Source of the DNA: Malacoraja senta
Lineage: Eukaryota
Length of the DNA stretch: 64,000 bases
Assembly: GCA_038087875.1 (NCBI GenBank)
Contig: JAXLNO010003434.1
Location: forward strand, 62,001 to 126,000
Direction of reading: 5' to 3'
Below the pieces are notes generated by a model. That model had not been told where the DNA came from. It did no database searches and saw only the letters and a program-made list of their open reading frames with translations. This document shows, one piece after another, positions 47,503 through 61,258 of the stretch (its first letter is position 1; each line of letters starts with the position of its first letter). The position numbers and the translations under genes are program-made.

Positions 47503-48020
47503 GGGGCACAGCAGTGGAGTTACTTCCTTGCAGTACCTGTGACTCCGGTTTGATCCTGACTAAGGGTGCTGTCTGTACCAACTTTGTATGTTCTCTCTGT
47601 GACTGCATGGGTTTTCCCTGGTGCTTTCGTTTCCTCCCAGTTCCAAAGACCTGCAGGTTTATAGGTTAATTGGCATCTGTAAATTGTCCTATGTGTATAG
47701 GATAGAACTGTGTAGGCAGCATGGTGACGCAAAGGGGTGGCACGGAGTAGCAGCGGTAGAGTTGCTACAGTGGCAGAGACCCAGGTTTGATCTTGACCAT
47801 GGGTGCTGTATGTATGGATTTTTTACGTTCTCCCTGTGACCTGTGTGGGTTTTCTCTGGGGCTTCCAGCTTCCTCCCACACTCCAAAGACATGCCGGTTT
47901 GCAGGTTATTTGGCCCCAGGTGTGTGTAGGATAGTGTTAGTGTGGGGGGGTCACTGGTCAGCACAGACTCAGTGGGCCTAAGGGCCTGTTTCAAGGCTGT
48001 ACCTCTAAACCAAACTAATC
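47503..48020 (+). mobile_element. Two tandem V-SINE copies
   Basis: Heads at ~47503 and ~47736, V core twice. Confidence 0.75.
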
Positions 48021-49813
48021 TAAGGAGCTGAGGCCAACTGAACAGTGATCATTTTATTGAATGGTGGGACAAGTTTGGTGACTATTCTCAGGGGCTGATA
48101 GCCTACTACTGTTCTATTTCCTCCTGTTCTTGATAGTTCCCCTCATGGAGGAAACTAGACCTTGGAGGCCAAGGTTTCAAACTGAGGAGAAAATTGTTTT
48201 ATTTTTCTCCCAGATGATAACGAATCATGGGAATTTTCAACTGCAGAGTGTAGATTCATTACGTTACTGAGAAGGATGGATTTGTTTCTTTGGGAAGTTG
48301 TTGGTTACTGGCTACAGACTCTTCTGGTCATGAGTAGATCAGTCATGACCTAATTGAGCTGCAGAACAGACTTTACTCATGGCCAACAAGTACTTCATTT
48401 TTCTTGTGATCTCTACAATTACCCACTACAATCATTGCACTCTTACTTGTTTATGATTGCACTCATGTATGGTGTATTATGACTGGATAGCATGCAAAAC
48501 ATGGTATTTCACCGTATTTTTGTACACATTACAATAATAAACTCAACTTTAGGGAGAAGGGAGCAGAATAATGTGGCCTCTATCAGTGGTTGAGTAATAT
48601 GGACTAAAACATTGGTTTGGACTAATTCTGCCAGTGGCTTGTGGGCCTATTCCTGCTTCTCCTTTCTTGTGTTCATGTATTTGATGTCTCTTGCTTACTG
48701 TGGTCACTGCTGTGAGTTATAACTCCAGTAACATAAGCAAATTAGTTCAGCACTATCCGAGCAAAATTAAAAGCATTTTTTAAAATGCAGACTTAAATCT
48801 GATGTAGTGAGGGAGAAACACAGACATCTTTGGGTTGATTGAAATGATTTTGGTTAAGAGCTGAAAATTAAAATGAATAGAAACTAACATTTTGACATTA
48901 GACTTCAGAGGTACATCACGGAAGCAGGCCCTTCGGCCCACCGAGTCCTCGCTAACTCCCCGTACAATAGTACTATACCACGACAGGTGACAATTTACAA
49001 TTTTACCAAAGCAAATTAACCTAAAAACCTGTACTTCTTTGAGATGTGGGAGGAAACTGGAGCACCCAGAGAAAAACAATGCAGTCACGCATGGAGATGC
49101 AGGGAGAATGTACAAACACCGTACAGACAGCACCGTTAGTCAGAATCGACCTGAGTCTCTGCTGCTATAGGCAGCAACTCTACCGTTGCAACACTGAGGA
49201 TATCTTGAATTACAAAAGCAATATTTTGGGCTCATCACCAACCATACCAGCACCTGCATTCTTTATATGGTACATTGATATGGAGTTTATTGCATTGAAA
49301 CAGGCCCACAAGCCTGCCCTGTTGTTCAATACAATCCCTCAGTCATTCCTGATCTGGTTTGATTAGGATGCAAATAAAAGCTTTTCACTATATCACAATA
49401 CAAGTGACAATAATAAACCAATACCAATGCTATTGTGTAAGTTCTCCCCATATCGGATATAGATCCTTGATAAATTTGTAGACACCATCGCCGTCTATAT
49501 CCACCACCATTTGCTGCACAGTTTCAATGTCCAAACTAGCTTCCAATATAACTGTTTTACAGAATTCCATTTTGAGTTGAAAGATACAACATGGAAACAG
49601 GCCCTTCAGCCCACCATGCTGACCACCGGTCACCCCTTCATACTAGTTCAATGTTATCCCACTTTTTTGTCCAATCCCCACACACGCTAGGGGAAATTTA
49701 CAGATGTCAATTAACTGACAAACCCACACACCTGTGGAATGTGGGAGAAAACCAGAGCACCCGGGAAGAACCCAGGTGGTCACAGGAAGAAGGAACAAAA
49801 TCTATACAGTAGC

Positions 49814-50017
49814 TAGACAAAAATGCTGGAGAAACTCAGGGGGTGAGGCAGCATCTATGGAGCAAAGGAATAGTTTTGGGTCAAGACCCTTCTTGGAGGG
49901 TTTCGACCAGAAACGTCGCCTATTCCTTTGCTCCATAGATGCTGCCTCACCCGCTGAGTTTCTCCAGCATTTTTGTCTACCTTCGATTTTTCCAGCATCT
50001 GCAGTTCTTTCTTAAAG
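49814..50017. repeat. Inverted pair of Penelope tails inserted in a V-SINE
   Basis: 60-bp arms 49814-49873 and 49920-49979 with 1 mismatch. Confidence 0.85.
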
Positions 50018-51060
50018 AAAATCTACACAGACAATACCAGAGGTCAGGATCTAACGCTGGTCTCTGGTGCTGTGAGGCAGCAGCTCTACCTGCTGTGTAC
50101 AGTGTTTGGTTTCCTCCTTTTTGTTCTGCATTGTAATGATTCAAGTCAGGATAGGCATTGGATTTATGAGTCTCCTGAATGGTAACATAAGGAGCAGTTA
50201 GCAGCATAAGAATGGAGTTATCTGAAACGTAATTACAGTTCCAGGCAACTACGCCCTGCCTTTCCATTCCATTTGCTATAGAGTGCGATAAAACCAAAGT
50301 GCTGGAGTAACTCAGCAGGTCGGGCAACATCTCTGGAGGACATTGACAGGCGCTGTTTCAGATTGGGACCCTACTTCAGACTGACAATAGTCACCTATCC
50401 TTTTTCTCCAAAGATGCTGCTCGACCCGTTGAGTTACTCCAGCGCTTTGTGTCTATCGTCACCTATCTATGCCCTCCGGAGTTGCGACCTGACCTGTTGA
50501 GTTACACCAGCACTTTGTGTCTTTTGTTGTTGTAAATCAGCATCAGCACCTCCTCGTGTCTCCATTACAGTCAATTGTTTCCTGCTGGTTCAATGACATC
50601 GCTCGACAACTGGTGACGACCCGTGGTATTTTTATTCTGATTGCATGATGAGATCCTGCTTTGATGTTGGTGAAGTTTGGCTCAGTTGCTGCTGTTGATG
50701 TGAGAGGTTGTGCGTGAAATGATTCTGTTCATCTTGTTGAGTTTCTTCCGCGTACAAGGGGCTCAAGCAGGCAAGTTAATGATTCTCATTTTATTCGCTA
50801 CTGGCTAAAAGCGTCTTGGCTTTATCTCAATCTTGACCGGAGGCGACTGAGTTTAAAAAAGCGCGCAATACACATTCAGTCTGATTCATGGTTCATGCGG
50901 ACGGACGTTAAAAGTGTTTAATCTCCACTGTTTCAGTACAATCCAGACTGGAATTTCTGCTTTGATTTGCACAATGCCCCGTTTCCTTTGTGGAAGAAGG
51001 AACTACAGATATTGGTTTAAACTGATTTTAACTCGTGTAAAACAAACAGGAGCGAGGCAT

Positions 51061-51975
51061 TCACTAGGGTTTCCTCGCTGCTCCGCTCTTGCTCTCCCTT
51101 CCCCCCACATTCGTAACAAGGACAGAGTCCCCCTTGTCCTCACCTTCCACCCCATCAGCCGTCGCACAGCATATGATCCTCCATCATTTTTTGCCACCTC
51201 CAACAGGATCCCAATACTGGCCACATCTTCCCATCTCCACCTCTTTCTGCTTTCCGTGGAGACCATTCCCTCCGAAATTCCCTGGTCAACTCGTCCTTTT
51301 CCACCCAAACCACCCCCTCCCCAGGTACTTTCCCCTGCAACCGCAGGAGATGCAACACGTGTCCCTTTCCCTCCCTTCTCGACTCCATCCAAGGACCCAA
51401 ACAGTCTTTCCAGGTGAGGCAGAGGTTCACTTGCACCTCCTCCAACCTCATCTACTGTATCCGCAGTTGCAGGTGTCAACTTCTCTACATCAGTGAGGCC
51501 AAGCACAGGCTCGGCAATCATTTCACTGAACTACTCCGCTCTGTCCATCTTAACCTACCTGATCTCCTGGTTGCTCAGCACTTCAACTTCCCCTCCCATT
51601 CACAATCTGACCTTTCTGTCCTGGGCCTCCTCCATTGTCAGGGTGAGGCCCAGTGCAAATTGGAGGAATAGCACCTCATATTTCACTTGGGTAGTTTACA
51701 CCCCAGCGGTATGAACATTGACTTCTCTAACTTTAAATTGCCCTTGCTTTCCCTCTCTATCCCCTCCCCCTTCCCAGTTCTTCCACTAGTCTTAGTGTCT
51801 TCAACTACATTCTATCTTTGTCCCGTCAACTCCCCTGACATCAGTCTGAAGAAGGGTCTCGACCCGATAGGTCGCCCATTCCTTCTCTCCAGAGATGCTG
51901 CTGGCCTGCTGAGTTACTCCAGCATTTTGTGTCTACCTTCGAGTTAAACCAGCATCTGCAGTTCTATCCTACACA
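51061..51975 (+). mobile_element. Penelope-like retroelement 3' fragment (GIY-YIG pseudogene + tail)
   Basis: RNKDRVPLVLTFHP..NLIYCIRSCRCQLLYISEAK..GSLHPSGMNIDFSNF; tail ctgaagaagggtctcgaccc at 51846. Confidence 0.9.
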
Positions 51976-54900
51976 AAGTGCATTGTTTGACAGGTTCAAG
52001 TTTATGGCCAAATTCCTCGTATGTTGCAAAACATACTTGGCGAATAAAGTGTGATTCTGATTCTGATTGATCTGATTCTGAAATGTGGGAAGAGAGCGAG
52101 GCACTAGTACAATGCAAAATCATTAAAAGATTAGCACACACTGTGGATTTTGCTATTGACTGAGTGACAACTCTTAGCTCCAAACGTGCGGTCGTCACGT
52201 TTATGTTGTTTAGTAGTGATGTGGCCAAGTTTGCAGATGATGCTAAAATAGGTGGAGGGGCAGGCAGTGTAGAGGATGCAAGGACTTTGCAGAAGGACTT
52301 GTTCGGGTTAGGAGAGTGGGCAGAGAAGTGGCAGATGAAATCCAGTATAGCAAAGTGTGGAGACATGCATTTTGGTAATAAGAATAAAGGCGTAGATTAT
52401 TTTACAAATGGAGAGAGAATCCAGAAATCGGAGGCACACAGTGACATGGGAGTGTTGGTGCAGGACTCCTAAAAGGTTAATTTGCAAATTGAATCGGTAG
52501 TCAGGAAGGTGATTTATATCAAGAGGACTGGAATACAAAAACAGAAAATGCCGCCCGATTTGTAAGAGTGTCAAAGGTCACAGGGAGATGACAGGAGAAC
52601 GGCACTGAGAGGGAACGATAGGTCAGCCATGATTAAATTGTGGAGTAAACTCGATGGGCTGAACAACCAAATTCTGCACCTTTGACTTATGAAGTGAGTC
52701 AAAGTTCAGAACATGAGGGATGATCTTTTTATTTCTCCCCAGACTGGTGTGTCTGGAACCAAAATTCACAGTTTAAAAATAAGGCTTCAGACATTCTTAT
52801 GGCACCAAAACATGGTGACACTTGTGTATTGCCTAGGTTAGGTCTGCTATATGATTTTACCGTTGTATGCGAAACAAAGTATTTCACTGTACCTAGGTGC
52901 ATGTGACAATAAAATATCATTGAATCGTTGAATTCAGTGCAGTAATGAGATGAAATCTTTTCACCCAGAGGGTAATTAGTCTTTCAAATTCTCTGTCCAA
53001 GAAGGCTGTGGGCATTCAGTCAATCAGATGCTTGAGGCAGGGATAGGAAGATGCTTGGATACAAAAGGAATCCAGAATTCGGAAAAATGGTTGTCTGCTG
53101 GAGGATCGGTTATGATCTTATAGAATATCAGAGATTGGGAACAAAGGATGAATGGCAACATTTTGCTTATGTTAGGTTTGATCCCACTCCACAAGAGAAT
53201 CCAGAAGGAAAGAGAGTATAGAGTGTTCAATTGTCATATGTGTTGACTACAAAACAATGAAATTCTTGTAGCAGCTTAGCAGACCTGTAAGACAAAACAA
53301 ATAGATAACATACTAAAAATCCAGTTAATTGATAATCCCAATACATGTGCAAAAACACCTCGAATGCTTAGTTTAACCAAAGACAGTCCATAGGTCTACA
53401 GGGTCCGACTTGACACATTACCTATCCATGCTGCCTGATCTGCTGAGTTACTCCAACACTTTATTTTGTTCATTAATCATAGCTGAGTGTAGTGTCGTTC
53501 AGGGTTCAATATACGGGAAGATTTTAATGATCACATTCCAGGACGCATCTCTAGAGCCAAACAAAACAATGACATTCTCCTTTGATGGAAATAATCTAAT
53601 TTGGTGAAAGGGGAAACAGGCTTAGATATAAAGAATAACATTTATAGCAGTTCCAATGTAGGAAAATGCTTCAATGAGATTCGTAAGAATATTATTCTGT
53701 AACATTTTACTTCGAGCAGTATAATGGCATGACATGACAATTAGCAAAATAAACATTTAAGGTGCATCTTAAAGGAAGGGATATTTAGACTTCTATGACT
53801 TAGGCCTGCTCTTCAGATGAAATACTTAAATTTGTGAATAATCAGGAAGTTGTACTGCCCGGTTCATCGTGGGTTCTGACCTCACCACCATCTAAGGGAT
53901 CCACACGAGACGCTGCCTCAAAAAGGAAGGCAACATCATCCCCCTGGCCACGCTTTCATTACCTCCCACCATGGGAAGAAAGTATAGGTGTCTGAAAACC
54001 ATGACAACCAGGTTCAAGAATAGCTTCTTCCCAACAACTATCACGCACTTGAACAATACACAACGCTAACCTCAACTGTGAAATTGTATGGACTGTATGC
54101 ATGCCGAGGGAGGAGCTGCGTAGGAAGGAACTGCAGATGCTGGTTTAAACCGAAGATAGACACAAAATGCTGGAGTAACTCAGCGGGTCCGACAGCGACT
54201 CTGGAGAAAAGGAATAGGTAGCGTTTCAGGTTGAGACCATTCTTCAGACTGATAGTCAGGGGAAAGGGAAACGAGAGATACAGGCGGTGATATAGAGATA
54301 TATAAGAACAAATGATTGAAAGATATGCTTTGAATGAAAGAGCTGTTGGTCTTAGATATTTAAATACAATGATCAGAGTTTAAAATCTGAATATTTTTCA
54401 ATCAGAAAGATGATGGGTGAATGGGATGGAGCAAGTTAGCACAATGATGACAAAGTTTGAAGAAGGGCCTCAATCTGATACATCACCCATTCCTATTCTC
54501 CAGAGATGCTGCCTGACCCACTGAGTTATTCCAGCATTTTGTGTCTATCGCTAAGTGCTGGAGTAACTCAGCTGGTCAGGCAGCATCTCCGGAGAACGTG
54601 GCTAGATGACGTTTAGGGTAAACACCCTTCCACAGAGTGAAGAAGGGGTCTTGACCCGAAACATCTATCCATCATCACATATCCGTGATCTCCAGGGATG
54701 CTGCCGGACCCACTAAGGTGCTCCAGCACTTTGCGTCTCTTTGTGAACCAACATTTGTAGTTCCTTGTTTCTTCAATGTAAATTGACTGTCATTTGTAGG
54801 TAAGTGATAGAATCTGGAGAGAGATGATGGGAACTTGCAGAGAATAAGAATGGGTTGGTCAAGAGCAAGAGTTTAATTGTCATCTGTACTGGCAATGGAA

Positions 54901-56280
54901 CAATGAAATTCTTATACACATATTAAATATACAACAATCAATGGTAAAATAAATTACTATTAGTTATACTAGGTAACCAGACCATAACAGTGGAAAAACA
55001 AACGTCCTTACTGCAACCAAAATAAAGTCCATCACAGATCAGAGTTGTTGAGGTAAGGTTGTGGTTAGTGTTGTGCAGTGTTTAAATGCCTGCTGCTCAT
55101 GAGAAAAAAGCTGCTCTTAAACCTGGAGCTAACAGTTCTCAGGCTCTCTAACCTCAGAGACAGTTGATTGGTTCAACGGTATTTTATTTGTGGCAAGTAC
55201 CGAGGTACAGTGAAATTCATTTTTGTATACAGTTTAGTACAAGTATCACTATATATAAGTCCTTAGATACATCTTAGATAAGCATCTCGGATACAGTATA
55301 AGTGTATAGCAGTAGTACGCTGAGACAGTATACAGTGTCGCCAGTTTTTTGTGCCATTTTCACGTCCCAGTTGTTGTAAGTGAGGGTTCTTGGGTTGACC
55401 ATGAGGCCCATTGTCCTGGTGTTGTTGCAGGGTTGACCTGTCCAATCGAAGCTGTGGTGTCCTCTACTGCTGCAGGGCGCAACTGGTCCATGTGCCCGGC
55501 CTCTTGGAGCAGCACCTGGAACAGCCGAGCCCCAGGCTGCTGCAGGGCCTCCAGCACCCACACCACTGTTGAGGCAGTCCATTCCCTCCCGCAGCCTGTC
55601 TGCCTATAAGCCATCCATCTGACTCCTTCCACTCTGGGCGGGCAAGCTGGGCCTTCCAGGTGGGTCCTCCATCCACGGTCCACAGCGAGCAAGAACTCAG
55701 TCCGTGATGGATGGGCCAGATCTTCCGGGCGAATTCCTGGTCCAGGGTGGCCGGCCCTGAGAGTATGGCCAGGGTGGTGTGGGTCTCTGATGATATTAGC
55801 TGTCTTTCTGAGGTAGCACCTCCTGTAGATCTATTCAATGGTGGGATGGAATGGTATGGAATGAGTGCTTCATGGTCAGAGTGGACTGTCGGCTGAAGGT
55901 TCTATTTGTGTGTCTCTGTGACTATATGTGTGGAGAAGGCTTCAAAAGAGTAGGCGAAGGGGCATTCTAAATGATGGGATGCACATATCATTGTAAACGG
56001 GGCCCTCAAAGTATTGATCTGTAAAATGCTAAATCTGCATTTCATTGCAGGGGACTAGAGTTTAATGGTAGCCAATCCACATAAACACTTGTCTCGTCTA
56101 TGGAGAGTTTTGCAGACTGCTCCAATTACAATAAATTAATATATAACGAGTGGGGTACAAGAAGATACATTCCTTTTATCCATAGATGCTGCCTGTTCCA
56201 CTGCGTTACTCCAGTATTTTGTCTCTATCTTTGGTGTAAGCCAGCATGTGCAGTGCCTTCCTACACAGACACAAGAAGGA

Positions 56281-56735
56281 TCCCAACAATGAGTTCTGTT
56301 TGTATGGAGTTGATACGTTCTCCCTGTGACCGCTCGGGTTTCCTCTGGGTGCTCAGAGGGCAGTGGAGGCCGGTTCTCTGGATACTTTCAAGAGAGAGCT
56401 AGATAGGGCTCTTAAAGATAGCGGTGTCAGGGGATATGGGGAGAAGGCAGGAACGGGGTACTGATTGGGGATGATCAGCCATGATCACATTGAATGGCGG
56501 TGCTGGCTCGAAGGGCCAAATGGCCTACTCCTGCACCTATTGTCTATTCTCTATTGTCTATTGTTTCGTCCCACGTTCCAAAGACGTGTGGGTTTGTAGG
56601 TTTATCGGCCGCTGTAAATTGCCCCTAGTGTGTAGGATGTGAAACAGGGAAAACATAGAACTAGTGTATGGGTGATTGATGGTCAGTGAAGACTCAGTGG
56701 GCAGAAAGGCCAGTTTCCATGCTGCATCTGTTAAA
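56281..56735 (+). mobile_element. V-SINE split by a CR1 3' end (~56355-56560)
   Basis: SINE core gggtgctc|..|gtttcgtcccac interrupted by CR1 UTR ending (ctattgt)n. Confidence 0.75.
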
Positions 56736-57523
56736 AAAGATTGGTGAGCATGATACCCGAATTCAAACGTCACAGAGAAACCAACACATTTTAGTTTGTA
56801 CAGACAAGAACACCCAAGAATGTTTGTATTCAAACAGACCAACAAAGTAATAAAGGTTTGCAGGTACAAAGACCAACAGTGAGCATTGCTTAATCTAATC
56901 TTATACTCAGAACATTGTAGACGTAGGGCATTCAGCACAGGGAGGCTGTCCCATTGAGGGGGACGAGAACAAATGAGGTACTGTGGGGATGGGGGCGCCA
57001 CCAAGAATGAAGGGGGAACTGGTGGGGATGGTGTCTGCTGCCATGTGCGGCAACAGGCAGTGGATAGGACTGTTCGGTACTTTGTAACTTTGTCTGCGCC
57101 AACACATGATGACATATTTGTACTGCCTAGGTTCAGTTTAATTTATTGTCACGTGTACCGAGATACAGTGAAAATCTTTTTGTTGCTTACTAACCAGTCA
57201 GTAGAAAGACAATACATGATTACAATCAATGCATTTACAGTGTAGAGACACATGATAAAGGAATAATGTTTAATGCAAGGTGAAGCCAGCAAAGTCCGGT
57301 CAAGGATAGACTGAGGTTGTGTGGAAAACAAAGCATTTCACTATACACAGATACCTTGGGTACATGTGACAATAGAGTATCATTCAATCATTCTTTCATT
57401 CATCAGTCCTATTCCTCCCAATTTATTTTCCATATAACACTGGCACCCATGGCCGCCAATGCTCCTTTGATTTTCTTTGCCATTTACGTGTGTTGATCTG
57501 GCTAATGGGTTTTGTGAAGTACA

Positions 57524-57832
57524 GCACAGTGGTGCAATGGTAGAGAGTTGCTGCCTCATAGCGCCAGAGACCCAGGTTCAATCCTGACTTCAGGTCTGTC
57601 TATGTGGAGTTTGCACATTTTCACTGTGACCGAGTGGGTTTCCTCCAGGTGTTCCGGTTTCCTCCCACAACCCAAAGGCATGCAGCTTTGTAGGTTAATT
57701 GGCCTATGTAAATTGCCCCTAGTGTATAAAGAGTGGACAAGAAAGTGGAATAACTAGAGTGAATGGGAGATCAATGGTCAGCATGGACTCAGTGGGCCGA
57801 AAGGCCTGTTTCCGCTATAACTCTAAACTAAC
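57524..57832 (+). mobile_element. tRNA-derived V-SINE
   Basis: gtggtgcaatgg A box, ggttcaatcc B box, V core, tail. Confidence 0.88.
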
Positions 57833-58904
57833 CTTAAAACCCACTAAAATTACTGATTTATTGCAAGTAGCTAGATTCAAAACTATTTAAACAACTGAAG
57901 ACGGGTCCTGACTCAAAACATTACCTGTCCATTCCAGCCACAGATGCTGCCTGACTCACTGAGTTCCTCCAGTATTTCATTGCTCAAGATTCCAACATGT
58001 CTCGATATATAACTACTTGTTTGAATAACACTGTTGTTTGGTATTTTTATGATCTTTTTACGGTAGAATTGCATGCTGAAATGTTCATACCTTGAACATA
58101 GTTGAAAAGGATAGTAATTCATTAATGCATGCAGGAATAGTATTATTAAAATTGACTTTAGTAAAATACCGAATACACTGGCAATATGCAGTAGGTCAGG
58201 CCGCATCTGTGGGCAGGAAAGCAGAGCTAATGTTTCAGGCCAGAGACCCTTCAGGACTGGGAAGGAGGAGAAAGAAGAAAGGAGGAACTGAAGATGCTGG
58301 TTAACATAAAAAGATACAGTGTTGGAATAACTCAGTGGGACAGGCAGCATTACTGGAGAGCGTGGGATGCTAAGGTTTTGGGTCAGGACCATTCTTCAAA
58401 CTGATTGTGGGGGTAAATAAAGCTAGAAGAGAGGAGGGGCAGAACAAAGTATGGCAGATGATAGGTGATAGATACCAAAATGAGAGAGCAGTCCTGAACT
58501 ACTATCTGCATCATTGGTGACCCTCGTACTTTCTTTGATCGGACTTTACTGGCTTTACCTTGCACTAAATGTTATTCCCTCATCATGTATCTCTACACTG
58601 TAAATTGTTAGTTTGTAATCATGTATTGTCTTTACACTGACTGGTTAGCAGGCAACAAAAGCTTTTCACTGTACCTCTGTACACGTAACAATAAACTAAA
58701 CTAAAATGTTGCAGAGAGGATTTTCCGACAGGCAAATGATTGGACAAAGGCCAGAGATGAAAAGACAAAAGGAATTAAAGAATGGTGAATTGTGAAAATA
58801 GAGGAATGGATGAAGGGGACGGGGGAGGGCAGAAATAGATGCAAGTCCAGATGGGGCACAGGGGAGGGCAAGAAATGGGGGGGTAGGTTACCTAAAATTC
58901 TCAT

Positions 58905-59790
58905 CACTTCCCACCCAAACCATCGCATCCCAGGTAATCTCCCCTGCAACTGCGGATGTAACATCTGTTCCTGTACCTCCTCTGTGGTCTGCCCCGAGGG
59001 ACCACAGCAGCCCTTCTAGGTGAGACGAGGTTCATGTACACCTTCTCTAAACTGATCTATTGCATCCGGTGTTCCCAATGTGGCCTTCTGTATATCGACG
59101 AGACCAAGCATTGACTCCACGACCATTTCGCCGAAAATATGCACTTGATCTGCCATGGACTTCTGCACTGGATCTCCTGGTTGCTAACCATTTGAACTTC
59201 CTTTCCCATTGCCATATTGACCTTTCTGTTTTGGGTCTCCTCCATTGCCAGTGTGAGGTCACATGCAAACAGCCCCTAACATTCTTCTTGGGTAGCTTTC
59301 AACCTGATGGTGTGAACATTGAACTCGCCAAATTTAGGAAACCTAAGCCCTACTCTCCTCCTCCTCCCCTTTCTCCCCCACACCCATATTTCTCCCCACT
59401 GTTGCCCCCCTCCCCTGTAGCCCACCTGGACTAGCACCTATTTCCCTCCTCATCCCCTTCCTTCTAAATTTGCCATTTGCAACTTTTCAATTATTTTGTT
59501 GCGCACCTTCTGTATTTTTAACTCTGGCCCTTGTCCAATAATCTCCCTATCAACTCCCCCCATTACCGCCTCCTCACCTATGTCCACATATTACCTGCCC
59601 CTCCTTTCATCCAGTTAATTTCATCTCCCCCTCCCCCTTCCCCCTCTACAATGCCCATACCAACCCGCCCCCCAACCTCCCACAATTAGTCTGAAGAAGG
59701 ATCCTGTTCCACAACACCACATATCCATGTTTTCCAATGATACTGCCTGACCCGTCGAGTTGTCCCAGCACTTTGTGTCTTTTTCCAGGA
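58905..59790 (+). mobile_element. Decayed Penelope GIY-YIG fragment and tail
   Basis: ctgatctattgcatccggtgttcc..gagaccaagc..ctggttgctaaccattt homologous to 51400-51720. Confidence 0.75.
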
Positions 59791-60343
59791 GAAAAAAAAG
59801 AAGCATGTTAAGCTGCAGGAAGTGTGGGGGAGGGAGAATGTCTTTCAATGATAGACACAGAAAGCTGGAGTAACTCAGCAGGACAGGCAGCATCTCTGGA
59901 GAGAATGAATGGGTAACGTTTCGGGTCGAGACCCCTTTTCAGACTTTCCAAGCCTTATCTGGTAGAATTTAATGAGATAGACATCTGTTTGTGGTCGAAT
60001 GCATTATCTGAAAGCTGAATGTAAATTGTACTGTTAAGGCTTTACAATACGTCATTGGTAAAAATGTGCATGGATTGAGCATATGGGCTTAATTGTCCTC
60101 CTGCTTTGAAGGAAAGCTCACAGCATGTCTCAATTGCATGTCAACCTAGTATCATAAAAACAACTACTGTAGGAACTCAGGTGGTAGAGGAACATCTTTG
60201 TAAGAAGGAACTGCAGATGCTGGTTTACACTGAAGATAGACACAAAATGCTGGAGTAACTCAGTGCAGCATTTCTGGCAAAAAGAAATAGGTGACATTTC
60301 AGGTTGAGAACTTTCCTCACATCTTCAAGAGTCAAGAGTATTA

Positions 60344-61095
60344 TAGACAATAGACAATAGGTGCAGGAGTAGGCCATTCGGCCCTTCGAGCCAGCACCAC
60401 CATTCAATGTGATCATGGCTGATCGTCCCCAATCAGTACCCCGTTCCTGCCTTCTCCCCATATCGCCTGACTCCGCTATTTTTAAGAGCCCTATCTAGCT
60501 CTCTCTTGAAAACATCCAGAGAACCTGCCTCCACCGCCCTCTGAGGCAGAGAATTCCACAGACTCACCACTCTCTCTGATAAAAAAGTGTTTCCTCGTCT
60601 CCGTTCTAAATGGCTTACTCCTTATTCTTAAACTGTGGCACCTGGTTCTGGACTCCCCCAACATCGGGAACATGTTTCCTGCCTCTAGCGTGTCCAAGCC
60701 CTTAACAATCTTATATGTTTCAATGAGATCCCCTCTCATCCTTCTAAACTCCAGAGTGTACAAGCCCAGCTGCTCCATTCTCTCAGCATATGACAGTCCC
60801 GCCATCCCGAGAATTAACTTTGTAAACCTACGCTGCACTCCCTCGATAACAAGAATGTCCTTCCTCAAATTAGGGGACCAAAACTGCACACAATACTCCA
60901 GGTGTGGTCTCACTGGGGCTCTGTACAACTGCAGAACGACCTCTTTGCTCCTATATTTGATTCCTCTTGTTATAAAGGCCAACATGCCATTCGCTCTCTT
61001 CACTGCCTGCTGTACCTGCATGCTTACTTTCATAGACTGATGTACAAGGACCCCCAGATCCCGTTGTACTTCCCCTTTTCCCAACTTGACTCCAG
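60344..61095 (-). mobile_element. Young CR1 3' fragment
   Basis: ORF 60491-61117 VQRDLGVLVH..HLEYCVQFWSP; (tagacaa)n tail. Confidence 0.9.
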
Positions 61096-61258
61096 TTAGA
61101 TAGTGTTTTATTGTCATATGTCCCAGATAGGAAATGAAATTCTTACTTGCTGCACAACAGAAGGGAATGAAATTTGGAGGGAATTAAGTTTTTCACAATG
61201 ATTTTTAACTGGTACAGTAAGTCACTTCTATTATTCATAAACCATTTGCTGGAGTATG

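Noticed and set aside
55330-55700. GC-rich stretch with several overlapping ORFs
   Set aside because: Bracketed by Rex1-type RT remnant and tail, no splice structure or recognisable domain; probably TE UTR
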